This document shows positions 1 through 9,259 of a DNA stretch of 64,000 bases, one piece after another. The translations under genes were made by a program, and so were the position numbers. Origin of the DNA: a virus; IMG/VR virus record IMGVR_UViG_3300036893_000013, positions 32,001 to 96,000 of that record; one strand, given 5' to 3'. Each line of letters begins with the position of its first letter. The stretch's first letter is position 1. Under the pieces are notes generated by a model. The model saw nothing but the letters and a program-made list of their open reading frames with translations, did no database searches and had not been told where the DNA came from.

Positions 1-77
1 GATTTAGTTCTGACGTTTTCTGTTTCACAGAGCCTAAACGCAATCTTGGATGTTTCGAAGGGATTGTCACCGGGCAA
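1..77 (+). mobile_element. C-terminal end of an intein in the RNR (Gln-terminated)
   Basis: Translation DVFCFTEPKRNLGCFEGIVTGQ followed by Cys (nt 78-80); typical block F/G of RNR inteins inserted before the catalytic Cys. Confidence 0.85.
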
Positions 78-971
78 TGTGCGGAGGCAACTCTCGAAAA
101 CGGGGAACCTTGTAATCTTACCGAAACCGCCCTTTGTAACCTCGACGGAAGTGATGAATTTATTAAAGCAGTGCGACTTATGCAACGATACGCAAAAAGA
201 GTAACCCTTGAAAGATATCATCACAAAATCTCCGACGAAGTTATTAAAAGAAATCGCCGCACAGGTAATGGAATCACTGGCTGTTTGGCAAGTCCGCTTT
301 TTACTCCCGAAACATTGGACCGTGCGTATGCAGCGATCCAAGATGAGGATGAAAAATACTCAAAAGAATTAGGTGTTCCTCGCAGTAAACGAACCACCGT
401 GGTCAAACCCTCCGGAACAATGAGTAAGGTTCTAGACTGTATGGGATATGAAGGAATCCATGCGGCGTATTCTCGGTATATGATTCAGCGAGTTAGGTTT
501 GCTTCAAACGATCCTTTGATTCCTAAGCTTCGTGCGGCGGGCCATTACATGGAACTGTTGAACGACTTTGGGACCATCGACCGTGGTACAATGGTAGTGG
601 ACTTCTATGTATCTGCGCCAGAAGGCTATCCTGTTGCCGACGAGGACTGGGATGTATGGAAGCAGTTAGACATTTTAAAAATGGCGCAAAAACATTGGGC
701 TGACCAATCTGTATCAGTTACGGTATACTATAAGAGAGAAGATATACCTAAGCTAAAAGTGTGGTTAGCTGAGAATCTACAGTATTTAAAAACAATTAGC
801 TTTTTATGTCATTCGGACCATGGGTTCCCCCAAGCTCCTAAAGAAGCTATTACACAAGAAAGGTTTGAGAAGTTATCCAACAAGATAAAACCCATCGACT
901 TTGAAGATATCGAAGAAGGTGATATGATTGATGGGATGGAGTGCCAAGGTGGAAGCTGCCCAATTAAATAA
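1..971 (+). CDS. nrdJ: Class II (B12-dependent) ribonucleotide reductase, C-terminal part; truncated by the window edge, begins inside an intein
   Basis: Frame open from nt 3: ...GQ|CAEATLENGEPCNLTE (active-site CxE and CNL motifs), NRRTGNGITG, TTVVKPSGT, C-terminal CQGGSCPIK redox pair. Confidence 0.88.
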   Translation, partial: FSSDVFCFTEPKRNLGCFEGIVTGQCAEATLENGEPCNLTETALCNLDGSDEFIKAVRLMQRYAKRVTLERYHHKISDEVIKRNRRTGNGITGCLASPLFTPETLDRAYAAIQDEDEKYSKELGVPRSKRTTVVKPSGTMSKVLDCMGYEGIHAAYSRYMIQRVRFASNDPLIPKLRAAGHYMELLNDFGTIDRGTMVVDFYVSAPEGYPVADEDWDVWKQLDILKMAQKHWADQSVSVTVYYKREDIPKLKVWLAENLQYLKTISFLCHSDHGFPQAPKEAITQERFEKLSNKIKPIDFEDIEEGDMIDGMECQGGSCPIK

Positions 972-978
972 GGAGAAT

Positions 979-2223
979 ATGACAATACTGAGTCCAATGA
1001 GTGAGAGTACGTTGCGAATCCGTAAGAAGAAAATGGATATTTTGAAAGAACAACCCCTCAAGCAAGAGGGAGCAGGGTACGGTCTTAAGACTTATTATCT
1101 TAAGAGTGGTAATACGTATAGGGTTAGTTCTGAAGGGGCTTTGGACCTTCATTATACCCTTCCGGTAGGTACATATATTGTACGAGCGGATTTGTCTGGA
1201 TTTTATCTAGAGACTACCGAAAGCTTCAAAGTTCCTAGTGTTCTTTACGGAGATGTTCTGTCTACTGCTCAGAGAATACTAAACACGTTTGCCGAACGGG
1301 AAGTTAGTACCGGAGTTCTCCTTTGCGGGGAAATGGGAAGTGGTAAAACGCTTTTGGCTAAAGTCACGAGTGCAGAAGCAGCTAAACAAGACATTCCCAC
1401 AATCATCGTTAACAGTCCTTACTGTGGGGATACGTTCAATACGTTCATCTCAACTATCCAACAGCCGGTGGTTCTGTTCTTCGATGAATTTGAGAAGGTA
1501 TACGACGAAGAACATCAACAGGCTTTGCTGACCTTGTTTGATGGAGTGTTTGGTAATAAGAAACTCTTTGTCTGCACTTCTAACAGCAAGTGGAAAATCG
1601 ACCTTCACATGAAAAACCGTCCCGGAAGATTCTTTTATTTTTTGGAATTCGAAGGGTTGGACTATAACTTCATCAGAGAGTACTGCGAGAAGAATCTTTT
1701 AGACAAGAAGTTTACGGAACAAGTGTGCGTGCTAGCGACACTTTATGATTCTCTCAACTTCGACATGCTTCAAGCGATTGTAGAAGAAATTAACCGGTAT
1801 GGGGAAAGTCCTAGACAAGTGATTAAGTTCTTGAATACGAAGCCCAGCGTAACTGCACAGGCGACCTATAACCTTCTTCTAACCCTTAATGGAGTCGATC
1901 TACCGAGTCAAAATCTCAGTAATAGACAGTGGGCTGGAAATGCTCTGGATTCTGATATTGATGTATACTACAAACTGGTCAATGTACCCGAGGGTGCAAA
2001 TTTGGAAGAAGAAGATTATGCTGCCCCTTCTGTCGCCCCTTCTGTCGCTTCAGCGCTAGAAGCTATCAGCCTCATTCCTTGGAGTGTGATGCGTTTCACT
2101 ACGCAGGATATCATATTCGTAGATGTTCGAACTGGGATTGTAAGATTTCAAAAAGATAACACTGTCTTGACTCTTACCAGAGAAGTTAAAAAGGCATTCG
2201 ACTACGAAAGAGTTCTGGCATGA
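979..2223 (+). CDS. AAA+ family ATPase
   Basis: Walker A GEMGSGKT, Walker B LFFDEFEK, NRPGR arginine finger; AGGAG RBS before ATG 979. Confidence 0.85.
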   Translation: MTILSPMSESTLRIRKKKMDILKEQPLKQEGAGYGLKTYYLKSGNTYRVSSEGALDLHYTLPVGTYIVRADLSGFYLETTESFKVPSVLYGDVLSTAQRILNTFAEREVSTGVLLCGEMGSGKTLLAKVTSAEAAKQDIPTIIVNSPYCGDTFNTFISTIQQPVVLFFDEFEKVYDEEHQQALLTLFDGVFGNKKLFVCTSNSKWKIDLHMKNRPGRFFYFLEFEGLDYNFIREYCEKNLLDKKFTEQVCVLATLYDSLNFDMLQAIVEEINRYGESPRQVIKFLNTKPSVTAQATYNLLLTLNGVDLPSQNLSNRQWAGNALDSDIDVYYKLVNVPEGANLEEEDYAAPSVAPSVASALEAISLIPWSVMRFTTQDIIFVDVRTGIVRFQKDNTVLTLTREVKKAFDYERVLA

Positions 2224-2420
2224 AGGTTACTCAAGTAGAACTAGAGAACGTAGGTCATCCCGCAAAGATGGTCTGCTGGCTTAATCGGGGAAGGTACAAG
2301 TTCAAAACAGGAACCATACTTTCATTGGAAGGGGTAGACGGACTATGGAAGGTGAGTAAGGTATATAGTACTCAGGATCATTACTCTATTAACAGGAAGT
2401 GGGATGTGGGAGGATTATGA
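2220..2420 (+). CDS. Hypothetical protein
   Basis: 66 aa, ATGA-coupled on both sides. Confidence 0.7.
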   Translation: MKVTQVELENVGHPAKMVCWLNRGRYKFKTGTILSLEGVDGLWKVSKVYSTQDHYSINRKWDVGGL

Positions 2421-3388
2421 GCATATCGGATTCGGTAGCACAAATTGAGAAACAATTTGGGAAAGGTTCTATCGCACAGTTAGGAGCGAAAGGGGCCTTT
2501 CTACCTATATCCTCTATCTCAACTACTTCATTAAGTTTTGATAAAGCATTGGGTATAGGAGGTATTCCAAAAGGCCGGATAACTGAAATCTTCGGTCCTC
2601 AGTCATCTGGCAAAACTACGGCTTGTTTACACGTCATCGCAGAGGCTCAAAGAACTGGGGGAATTGCAGCCTTTATTGACGCAGAACACGCTATCGATCC
2701 TGTTTATGCTAAAAAGCTAGGAGTCAATACAGATGAACTGTGGGTGTCACAACCGGATAGCGGAGAGCAAGGATTAGAGATAACGGATTATTTAGTTAGG
2801 TCGGGCGATGTGTCAGTGCTGGTTATAGACTCGGTAGCTGCGCTAGTTCCTAAAGCAGAGCTAGAAGGTGATATGGGAGACTCTCATATGGGTCTACAAG
2901 CTAGACTAATGGCTCAGGCACTCCGTAAGTTAACGGGGGCTGTTGCTAAAACCCAAACCGCTTTAGTATTTATCAATCAGGTAAGGGATAAAATTGGTGG
3001 ATACGGGGCTTCCGAAACAACTACCGGAGGAAGATCGTTACCTTTTTATGCTTCCGTTCGTATAGATATCCGTAGAATCCAGAATATAAAAGAAGGAGAT
3101 AATGTTGTAGGGAGTCGTACTAAAGTCAAAATTGTAAAGAATAAACTAGCTGCTCCCTTCAAAGAGACAGAATTCGATATCATGTATGGAGAGGGAATTA
3201 GCCGGGAGGGAGATTCTCTTGATTTAGCCGTAGAAGCGGGCATAGTGGATAAGTCTGGGGCATGGTACAGTTATAACGGAGAACGGTTAGGGCAAGGAAG
3301 GGAGAAAACTAAACTATTCCTTAAGGAAAACCAAGAAATGTTGCTTAAAATTGAGCAAGAAGTAAAAGAGAGTTGGGAGGAGTTATGA
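2417..3388 (+). CDS. recA: Recombinase RecA
   Basis: [61 protein letters not shown]; GGAGG RBS before ATG 2417. Confidence 0.97.
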   Translation: MSISDSVAQIEKQFGKGSIAQLGAKGAFLPISSISTTSLSFDKALGIGGIPKGRITEIFGPQSSGKTTACLHVIAEAQRTGGIAAFIDAEHAIDPVYAKKLGVNTDELWVSQPDSGEQGLEITDYLVRSGDVSVLVIDSVAALVPKAELEGDMGDSHMGLQARLMAQALRKLTGAVAKTQTALVFINQVRDKIGGYGASETTTGGRSLPFYASVRIDIRRIQNIKEGDNVVGSRTKVKIVKNKLAAPFKETEFDIMYGEGISREGDSLDLAVEAGIVDKSGAWYSYNGERLGQGREKTKLFLKENQEMLLKIEQEVKESWEEL

Positions 3389-3591
3389 TCACATACCCGA
3401 ATTTAAAGGAGTTTCTACAGTTTTTTCGTCTTCAGCCCACTTGGGATGAACTTAAAACAAAATATCCGTCAGTGATTAAAGGAGACCGGAAAGCTACCTA
3501 CGAAAACGGAGTAAATGACGGTAAAGTACTGTTTGCCAGAGAGACGTGGAGAGTTCTGGGGTTTGAGGAGAATGAGGAAGATGAAACATAA
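3385..3591 (+). CDS. Hypothetical protein
   Basis: GGAGGAG RBS, ATGA overlap with the recA stop. Confidence 0.65.
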   Translation: MITYPNLKEFLQFFRLQPTWDELKTKYPSVIKGDRKATYENGVNDGKVLFARETWRVLGFEENEEDET

Positions 3592-3859
3592 ATACGGAAA
3601 ATGGACTTTTAGAGAAGACAATAATACTCTTCAGTTACCGGAAGGGTATCCTTATGGAGCATATTACTTTGACCTTGATAGGACCCATTCTAGCGCAGCG
3701 GTTCTAGATCAAATATTCCAAATATCTGGGAAAATTTGGGCTACACCTAGAATTACAAAGTCTCTGCTGACAGCAATAACCGAGTTGGTTGATCCCCAAG
3801 CGAACCTCTGTAGCGGAGGGGCCGAAAAGACTCTGGGCAAGAAAAAACCCACCGGTTAA
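3581..3859 (+). CDS. Hypothetical protein
   Basis: GAGGA RBS before ATG 3581 (MKHKYG...); last gene before the convergence point. Confidence 0.7.
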   Translation: MKHKYGKWTFREDNNTLQLPEGYPYGAYYFDLDRTHSSAAVLDQIFQISGKIWATPRITKSLLTAITELVDPQANLCSGGAEKTLGKKKPTG

Positions 3860-3870
3860 GGTGGGTTATT
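3842..3870 (-). terminator. Intrinsic terminator at the convergence point, possibly bidirectional
   Basis: AACCCACC-GGTTAA-GGTGGGTT hairpin overlapping both stop codons, followed by a T6 run on the - strand. Confidence 0.75.
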
Positions 3871-6800
3871 CTTGGTCTTCTATAGGTGCGTATCGTCGGG
3901 CTGCTTTGTAGTAGGGGTCCTGACTTCGAGTTAACGGAGTCTCGTCCTTCAACGACTTGTGGATATAATTTTTAGCCTTCTTAATTAACAGCTTTTGAAG
4001 GATTGTTTTCTCGCTGGGATTGGAGTCCCTGTAAACCTGATCCGACCCGGCAAAATCGAGCCTAGTAACGCGGGAATACAATCTAGCCATTTCCGGGTCT
4101 TCTCCTGCCGTTTCCTTAGCATTCTTAATAGCTGCTTTGGCGTCTGCTTCGGGAAGGTTTCCTTCATCGACCATTCTTTGAATGTCATTGTTATTGATTT
4201 GGCCATTACGCAAACTATCTTCTAACTGGAGAAGTAACCGGTGTCTTTGAATCATAGCTGGATTCATACTTCCTTCTTCACTTCTTTCAGCAGCTAAATT
4301 AGCAGCAGTCTTCTGGGCTGGGGTTCGGTACACTTGTGCCGTTGCTCCAGCCCATTTTGCTACCTGCTCGCCAGTATTGGTATCAGCACTAGTAGCTAAG
4401 TGGGTAACATCCTTTAACCCTGCCTGTCCCCAAATGGGAGCAAGGTTAGAGATTAAATCAACATACTTCTGTCCATCTGTTAGCTTCTGCCCGTACTGGT
4501 TTCTCCCTGTATAGGTTTCTATACCGGATCGCAGGAAGGGACTCTCGCGGCCTATTAAGAATCCTTGAGGATCAGAAGCCATGTGGAGGATATCAGTAGG
4601 CAAGGTACGAACAGAAAACTCTATCTCTCTGCCGTCTTTATCCTTAGTAGCCAATCCAAAAGGAGTCTCTAAGTGAGGGTTACCGGAATACAACTGATTT
4701 AACAGCCTAGCAGTAGTCCAGAGAACTACAGCAGCACCGGCTACTTGTTCCCGGGAAAAATTTCTCCCACTATCCGGTTCATATTTTGCTGGGCCAATTC
4801 CCAACCCTTTGAACAACCCCGCAGCGAATCTCATTTCCGACTCTAGCCAGTCAGGGGCGAGAGCTACCAGATGGAACCAGTCTTGGGTAGCTGCGCTGCG
4901 GCCCATCTCTCTCCAGTTCTGTCCACCGAAAGCGTTGTTAACGTGTTCGGCTGCTGCTTTAGCTACAGCATCGTCTGTCCAGTCCGGATGGGCGGAAGCA
5001 TACTTATCGAACATTTTCCGGAATCCGGAAGCTTTGTAGGAGGGTATCAACCGGTTAAACAACAGATCGTGAACCTGATCGGACACTCTAAGGTACTGGT
5101 TGAGGATAGGAACCTTACGGAGAACGTTGTCCTCCCCAATGTGGCTGGAAACTCCAACGGCATAGTCTTCGGCATCGAACCGGTTAGAGAATAGAGTAAG
5201 CCCGTTCTCTACCCCCAATCTCATAAGCTTTCTTGGGCCTTTAACCGTGTTGTACTCTTCGTCTAGGTCTTCTAGGGGGTTAGGACGCACGAAGGGGTTA
5301 ACGTGCAGCATAAGGGCACGTAGAGCCTCTTGGACGATATGGAACGGCGAGCCGCTGAGGATAGCTGCTTTAGCCGCTGCCCCTCCCTTGAGAATAGGGG
5401 CGGTGATCTTTCCTAGCCCTTCCCGCTTACGCAGCCACGAAGGTTCTAACCCCAATCGGTTCACTAAGTACCTGTAATAGTGTCTGGAGACAGTCATATC
5501 AGATTGGGCTAATGTAGGAGTACCATCAGACGCCGTAGCCATCCACTTGTAGGCGTGGAAAGCGGGGTGGTCCACTGGAATATGATTCTTAGGTGCCCAG
5601 AGGTATTGTTTCTCTTGCCGCTCGTTGATGTCCCTTAGCTTCTCTTCCGACTCCAGTTTGTTCTGCTCTATAGTTTGCTTGTTGATGGGTAGCTTAAATT
5701 TAGTTTCTTTCCAAGGGATTTCTCCACCAGCTTGGGTAGTAAGTACATTATCTACATACTTAAGATCAGCTAAATCTTTAATTAACTGTGGATGTTGGGT
5801 ATTTTCTGCGGCATGAGCTATGTGATAGATTGCACTATTGATTCCTTTTAGACTCCAGTCCCCTCCCGTTAAACCATTGACATGCTCAATGTAATCAATA
5901 AGTTCCGGGTCTAAGTGGTCCTTCTCCTGAAATATTAATCTAGCAATCTCATGGGGCATTAGGTCCTTACCGGAGAAACTTTTGTCTCCGTCTTCGTCGG
6001 TAACTTGACGCGAGGACCGACCCTCAGCATACTCATGATTTCTCAAAGCATACTGCTCTAACCGCTCTAAATCGCCGGGAGTTATCTTCTTTCTAACTTC
6101 GCCATGAAGAACGTTCGCTAGGTACGCAGCTATATTAATGTCATTCGGTTTGTGCTCTAAATCTATAGGAGCATAGTTCTTGCCGTCGATAGGACCCTGA
6201 TCCTTGAGTTGTTGGATAGCTTGATCTAAGTAATCCGCAATCTTTCCTGCTTGGGTTTTGGCAAACAACTGCAATTGCCCCCATCCAGCTTCATGTCTTT
6301 TGTTAAGACGATCTGCCGCACTTATTAGGAGAGGATTTTTCTTCTCCAGTTTATCTATCTTGTCCTGTGTACTCTTTACCCAATCCTTTACATTTCCGAT
6401 GTTCACCTGAGGAGTACGGTCTACAACTCTACCATCCTTGATGTAAGCACCGAGGAGGTTAGCCTTCTTTAACCGATCTATATCCGTAATGCTCATCAAA
6501 ATATTACGGACAATATTGGGATTGACTAATATACTGCTGCTGCTCCCGTCTTCGCCGGGTACTTGAGAACCCTGCCCACGGAAAGCCGCAATAGGCATTC
6601 CTTCTGCATCCTTAAGTCCTGATTTTTGAAGAAGATCAAGGACGTGGCGAGCCGCTGACGCACGAGCTATGTTATTAGCATCGTGAGCGATTAGTGCAGC
6701 GGGGTCGTGTACCTTAAGTTGTCTGCCTTGTAAAATACCCTCAAAGGCAGTACCCCAACTTCTATGACGAGCCTGAGTAGCATTAATAGCAAAAGCACCA

Positions 6801-9250
6801 CTTGCGGCATGTTGAAGAACGGAGTTACCTACGGGTTCTTCTTCTTCACCCCAAATGTGGTGTATGTGATTGTCAACAATACTCTTAATGATTCCGTTAT
6901 TATACCCTACCTTCCAGTTTTGGTCGTCCGCGTCTCGAAGAGATTGATACATCGCTTTCTCTTTGGGGGTAAGATCGCGACTGGCAATATCGGACAAAAT
7001 CTTTACGGTTTTCTTCACGTAATCTACGTGGTCATCGGAGAAATTTTTTCCCCGAGTTTTATCTACCTTACTAACAATGTCCTGAGGTAGTGCGGGGTGT
7101 AGAGGTCCGTCCTGCCAAGCAGCTACCGGGAAAGCACTCGTGCTACCCCCGTTTATTGTGCTGGGAGGAAATTTTCTCCTCCAGTCCTCTGGGTTGTTTT
7201 CGACTTCTCTTTTTTGTAATTTGGCTAATGCCTGTTTCTGATTGTCTCCTAAGAAAATTCGTCCCTCTCCCCGGCCATCATACCAATTCTTACTTTTTGG
7301 GTCTCGGTAAATAGTGGCATAGTGCTCTCCGTTTAGTGAAACTTTATACTCCTTGGTATCCTCATAGTCCTCTGCTTTTCCCGCTTCTGCGTGTTTCTCT
7401 ACGGCAGGGGTTACAGTAAATTCTGGCTCCTCTTGGCTTGGGTACTCTCTAGAAGCATAGGTCTTAAGATGAGGAAACTTATCCTCAATAATGGCAATAT
7501 CTTGAGGGTAGTTACCTAACGCCCTGACTTTCTCGTTCCATGCGTCTACACTGTTGTGGGATTCTTCCGCAGCTTGGTTTAACGCACGATGCATCTTATC
7601 GAGCAATCCTTTATATTGTTCCTCTTTAGGATTTTGCCATTCTTGTGCTTCCTGAACTTCTCGGTCTAGGTGAGGTTGGTATAATTGGAGTTCGTTTCTC
7701 TGATTAGTGAGTTGCTTAACTTGTTCATTTAATAAGAGTTGTTCCTCCGGAGAAACTTCTTTCTGGTCTTGTAGCTTCGCAAGATTTTCATTAAGCTCAT
7801 CTATCTTCTTGGCGTTTGACTCCGCAGACGATTTAGCATAAAGTAAGTTATCGCTTTGTTCTTTAGCGATATTTTCTACTGTTCTAGCTGGGGCGTTATA
7901 AGAAGGAACATTTTCCTTAGCCCAGTCCTCTAATTTGTATCCGTGAATTAGTGCCTGTGCTTCCTGATGGCTTAATACTCTATCTCCACCATTATCCAGT
8001 AAAAGAAACATCTTCTTCTGAACGTCAGCAAGTTTTTCGCGGTCGGCTTTGGTAGATATTATTTGTCTCCACGCGGAGGATATTTCGTCTAGTAATCCAA
8101 CTTTAGACCAATCTCCTGATTTGAGATTGGCAGGAACCTCGATCCCCGCTAGGTCTAACATCTGCGCTTGATGTTGTCTTAATCTCTTCGAGTTCTCTAC
8201 GTTAGATTTAGCTAACAATCCATCATGCACCCCAAACAATTTCTTGATGGCTTCGGTCTCGTCACTGAGTTCAAGATTATTCTTTTCGTTAAGTCCGGGT
8301 ATAAGATCATTAACACTGTATAATGAGTGGGCCAATCCAAGAGTCCCGAATACTGTTCCGGCTCCAGCTTCAACCATATATTCAGCGGCATCGTCATAAT
8401 CTCCTTGTGCTAACAAATCCATTACTCGCGGGTATGCGTACAGCGCACCATGAACTTGCTGGAGTGCAAAGCCCGCGTTAACTAACGTTTCTGCGCCCTT
8501 AGCTACCTGTAGAGCCTTACCCACAGGGAGACCGGCTTTAGCCAATCCAGAAGAGGCGACTCTCCGGGCCAAGCTTTCGCTTAGCATATCCGTTTCGTGC
8601 AGTCCTTGATTTCTTAAGTACTGCCCGTAGTTCAAAAATTCTTGGTAGGGTAACGCCCCTTCCGTAGCTGAGTTAACTGCTCCCTCAATACTAGTTCCCG
8701 CAACCTGCGCTTTCTTTGCTGCGGCTACGGCTTTCGCGTAGTTCTCGACCTTTCCTGCTGCGGCGAATCCATCTAACGCCTCACCACCTAATGCCTCAGC
8801 ACCTTCTGTAAGCCCTGCTTTGAGAGTAGAACCGGCCACACTCTCTGCAATCCCTGCTGGAGCAAACGCAGCTAAAAGACCTAATGAGAGGGGAGAAGTA
8901 AGTCCTGAAGCAACTTTTTCTATTCCGCGTTCTATACCACCGGCACCTTGGCGGTACTGTCCCCATCCTAGTATAGATTCAGTTAGCGGTTTGTTTAGAA
9001 AACTCCAACTTTTCTCTAACCAATTTGCATTGGGATCGGGCTGAGTAAATCTATCTGATTCGTCACGAGCGGGTCTACTCTCTCCAGTAAGGTCCGAAAA
9101 GTCGAGGCTTTGCCCCTTCTGGGATCGAGTAGGGGCAGACCCAGATTGGGGGCTAGTTAAATCTGAGAAATCTAAAGCTGGACCACTAGAAGAAACCCCC
9201 GGTTGCGCCGGGGATTTTGTTAAGTCCGTAAAATCTAAGGTATTGGGCAT
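3866..9250 (-). CDS. Large internal virion (ejection/DNA-delivery) protein
   Basis: 1794 aa, helical and charged, last gene of the structural operon after the nozzle; three N-terminal LDF(T/S)DLT repeats. Confidence 0.65.
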   Translation of the reverse strand: MPNTLDFTDLTKSPAQPGVSSSGPALDFSDLTSPQSGSAPTRSQKGQSLDFSDLTGESRPARDESDRFTQPDPNANWLEKSWSFLNKPLTESILGWGQYRQGAGGIERGIEKVASGLTSPLSLGLLAAFAPAGIAESVAGSTLKAGLTEGAEALGGEALDGFAAAGKVENYAKAVAAAKKAQVAGTSIEGAVNSATEGALPYQEFLNYGQYLRNQGLHETDMLSESLARRVASSGLAKAGLPVGKALQVAKGAETLVNAGFALQQVHGALYAYPRVMDLLAQGDYDDAAEYMVEAGAGTVFGTLGLAHSLYSVNDLIPGLNEKNNLELSDETEAIKKLFGVHDGLLAKSNVENSKRLRQHQAQMLDLAGIEVPANLKSGDWSKVGLLDEISSAWRQIISTKADREKLADVQKKMFLLLDNGGDRVLSHQEAQALIHGYKLEDWAKENVPSYNAPARTVENIAKEQSDNLLYAKSSAESNAKKIDELNENLAKLQDQKEVSPEEQLLLNEQVKQLTNQRNELQLYQPHLDREVQEAQEWQNPKEEQYKGLLDKMHRALNQAAEESHNSVDAWNEKVRALGNYPQDIAIIEDKFPHLKTYASREYPSQEEPEFTVTPAVEKHAEAGKAEDYEDTKEYKVSLNGEHYATIYRDPKSKNWYDGRGEGRIFLGDNQKQALAKLQKREVENNPEDWRRKFPPSTINGGSTSAFPVAAWQDGPLHPALPQDIVSKVDKTRGKNFSDDHVDYVKKTVKILSDIASRDLTPKEKAMYQSLRDADDQNWKVGYNNGIIKSIVDNHIHHIWGEEEEPVGNSVLQHAASGAFAINATQARHRSWGTAFEGILQGRQLKVHDPAALIAHDANNIARASAARHVLDLLQKSGLKDAEGMPIAAFRGQGSQVPGEDGSSSSILVNPNIVRNILMSITDIDRLKKANLLGAYIKDGRVVDRTPQVNIGNVKDWVKSTQDKIDKLEKKNPLLISAADRLNKRHEAGWGQLQLFAKTQAGKIADYLDQAIQQLKDQGPIDGKNYAPIDLEHKPNDINIAAYLANVLHGEVRKKITPGDLERLEQYALRNHEYAEGRSSRQVTDEDGDKSFSGKDLMPHEIARLIFQEKDHLDPELIDYIEHVNGLTGGDWSLKGINSAIYHIAHAAENTQHPQLIKDLADLKYVDNVLTTQAGGEIPWKETKFKLPINKQTIEQNKLESEEKLRDINERQEKQYLWAPKNHIPVDHPAFHAYKWMATASDGTPTLAQSDMTVSRHYYRYLVNRLGLEPSWLRKREGLGKITAPILKGGAAAKAAILSGSPFHIVQEALRALMLHVNPFVRPNPLEDLDEEYNTVKGPRKLMRLGVENGLTLFSNRFDAEDYAVGVSSHIGEDNVLRKVPILNQYLRVSDQVHDLLFNRLIPSYKASGFRKMFDKYASAHPDWTDDAVAKAAAEHVNNAFGGQNWREMGRSAATQDWFHLVALAPDWLESEMRFAAGLFKGLGIGPAKYEPDSGRNFSREQVAGAAVVLWTTARLLNQLYSGNPHLETPFGLATKDKDGREIEFSVRTLPTDILHMASDPQGFLIGRESPFLRSGIETYTGRNQYGQKLTDGQKYVDLISNLAPIWGQAGLKDVTHLATSADTNTGEQVAKWAGATAQVYRTPAQKTAANLAAERSEEGSMNPAMIQRHRLLLQLEDSLRNGQINNNDIQRMVDEGNLPEADAKAAIKNAKETAGEDPEMARLYSRVTRLDFAGSDQVYRDSNPSEKTILQKLLIKKAKNYIHKSLKDETPLTRSQDPYYKAARRYAPIEDQE

Positions 9251-9259
9251 TGTTCGGTC

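Noticed and set aside
3866-9250. Virion RNA polymerase or tape-measure protein
   Set aside because: No recognisable polymerase catalytic motif or tape-measure repeat pattern; context fits an ejection protein
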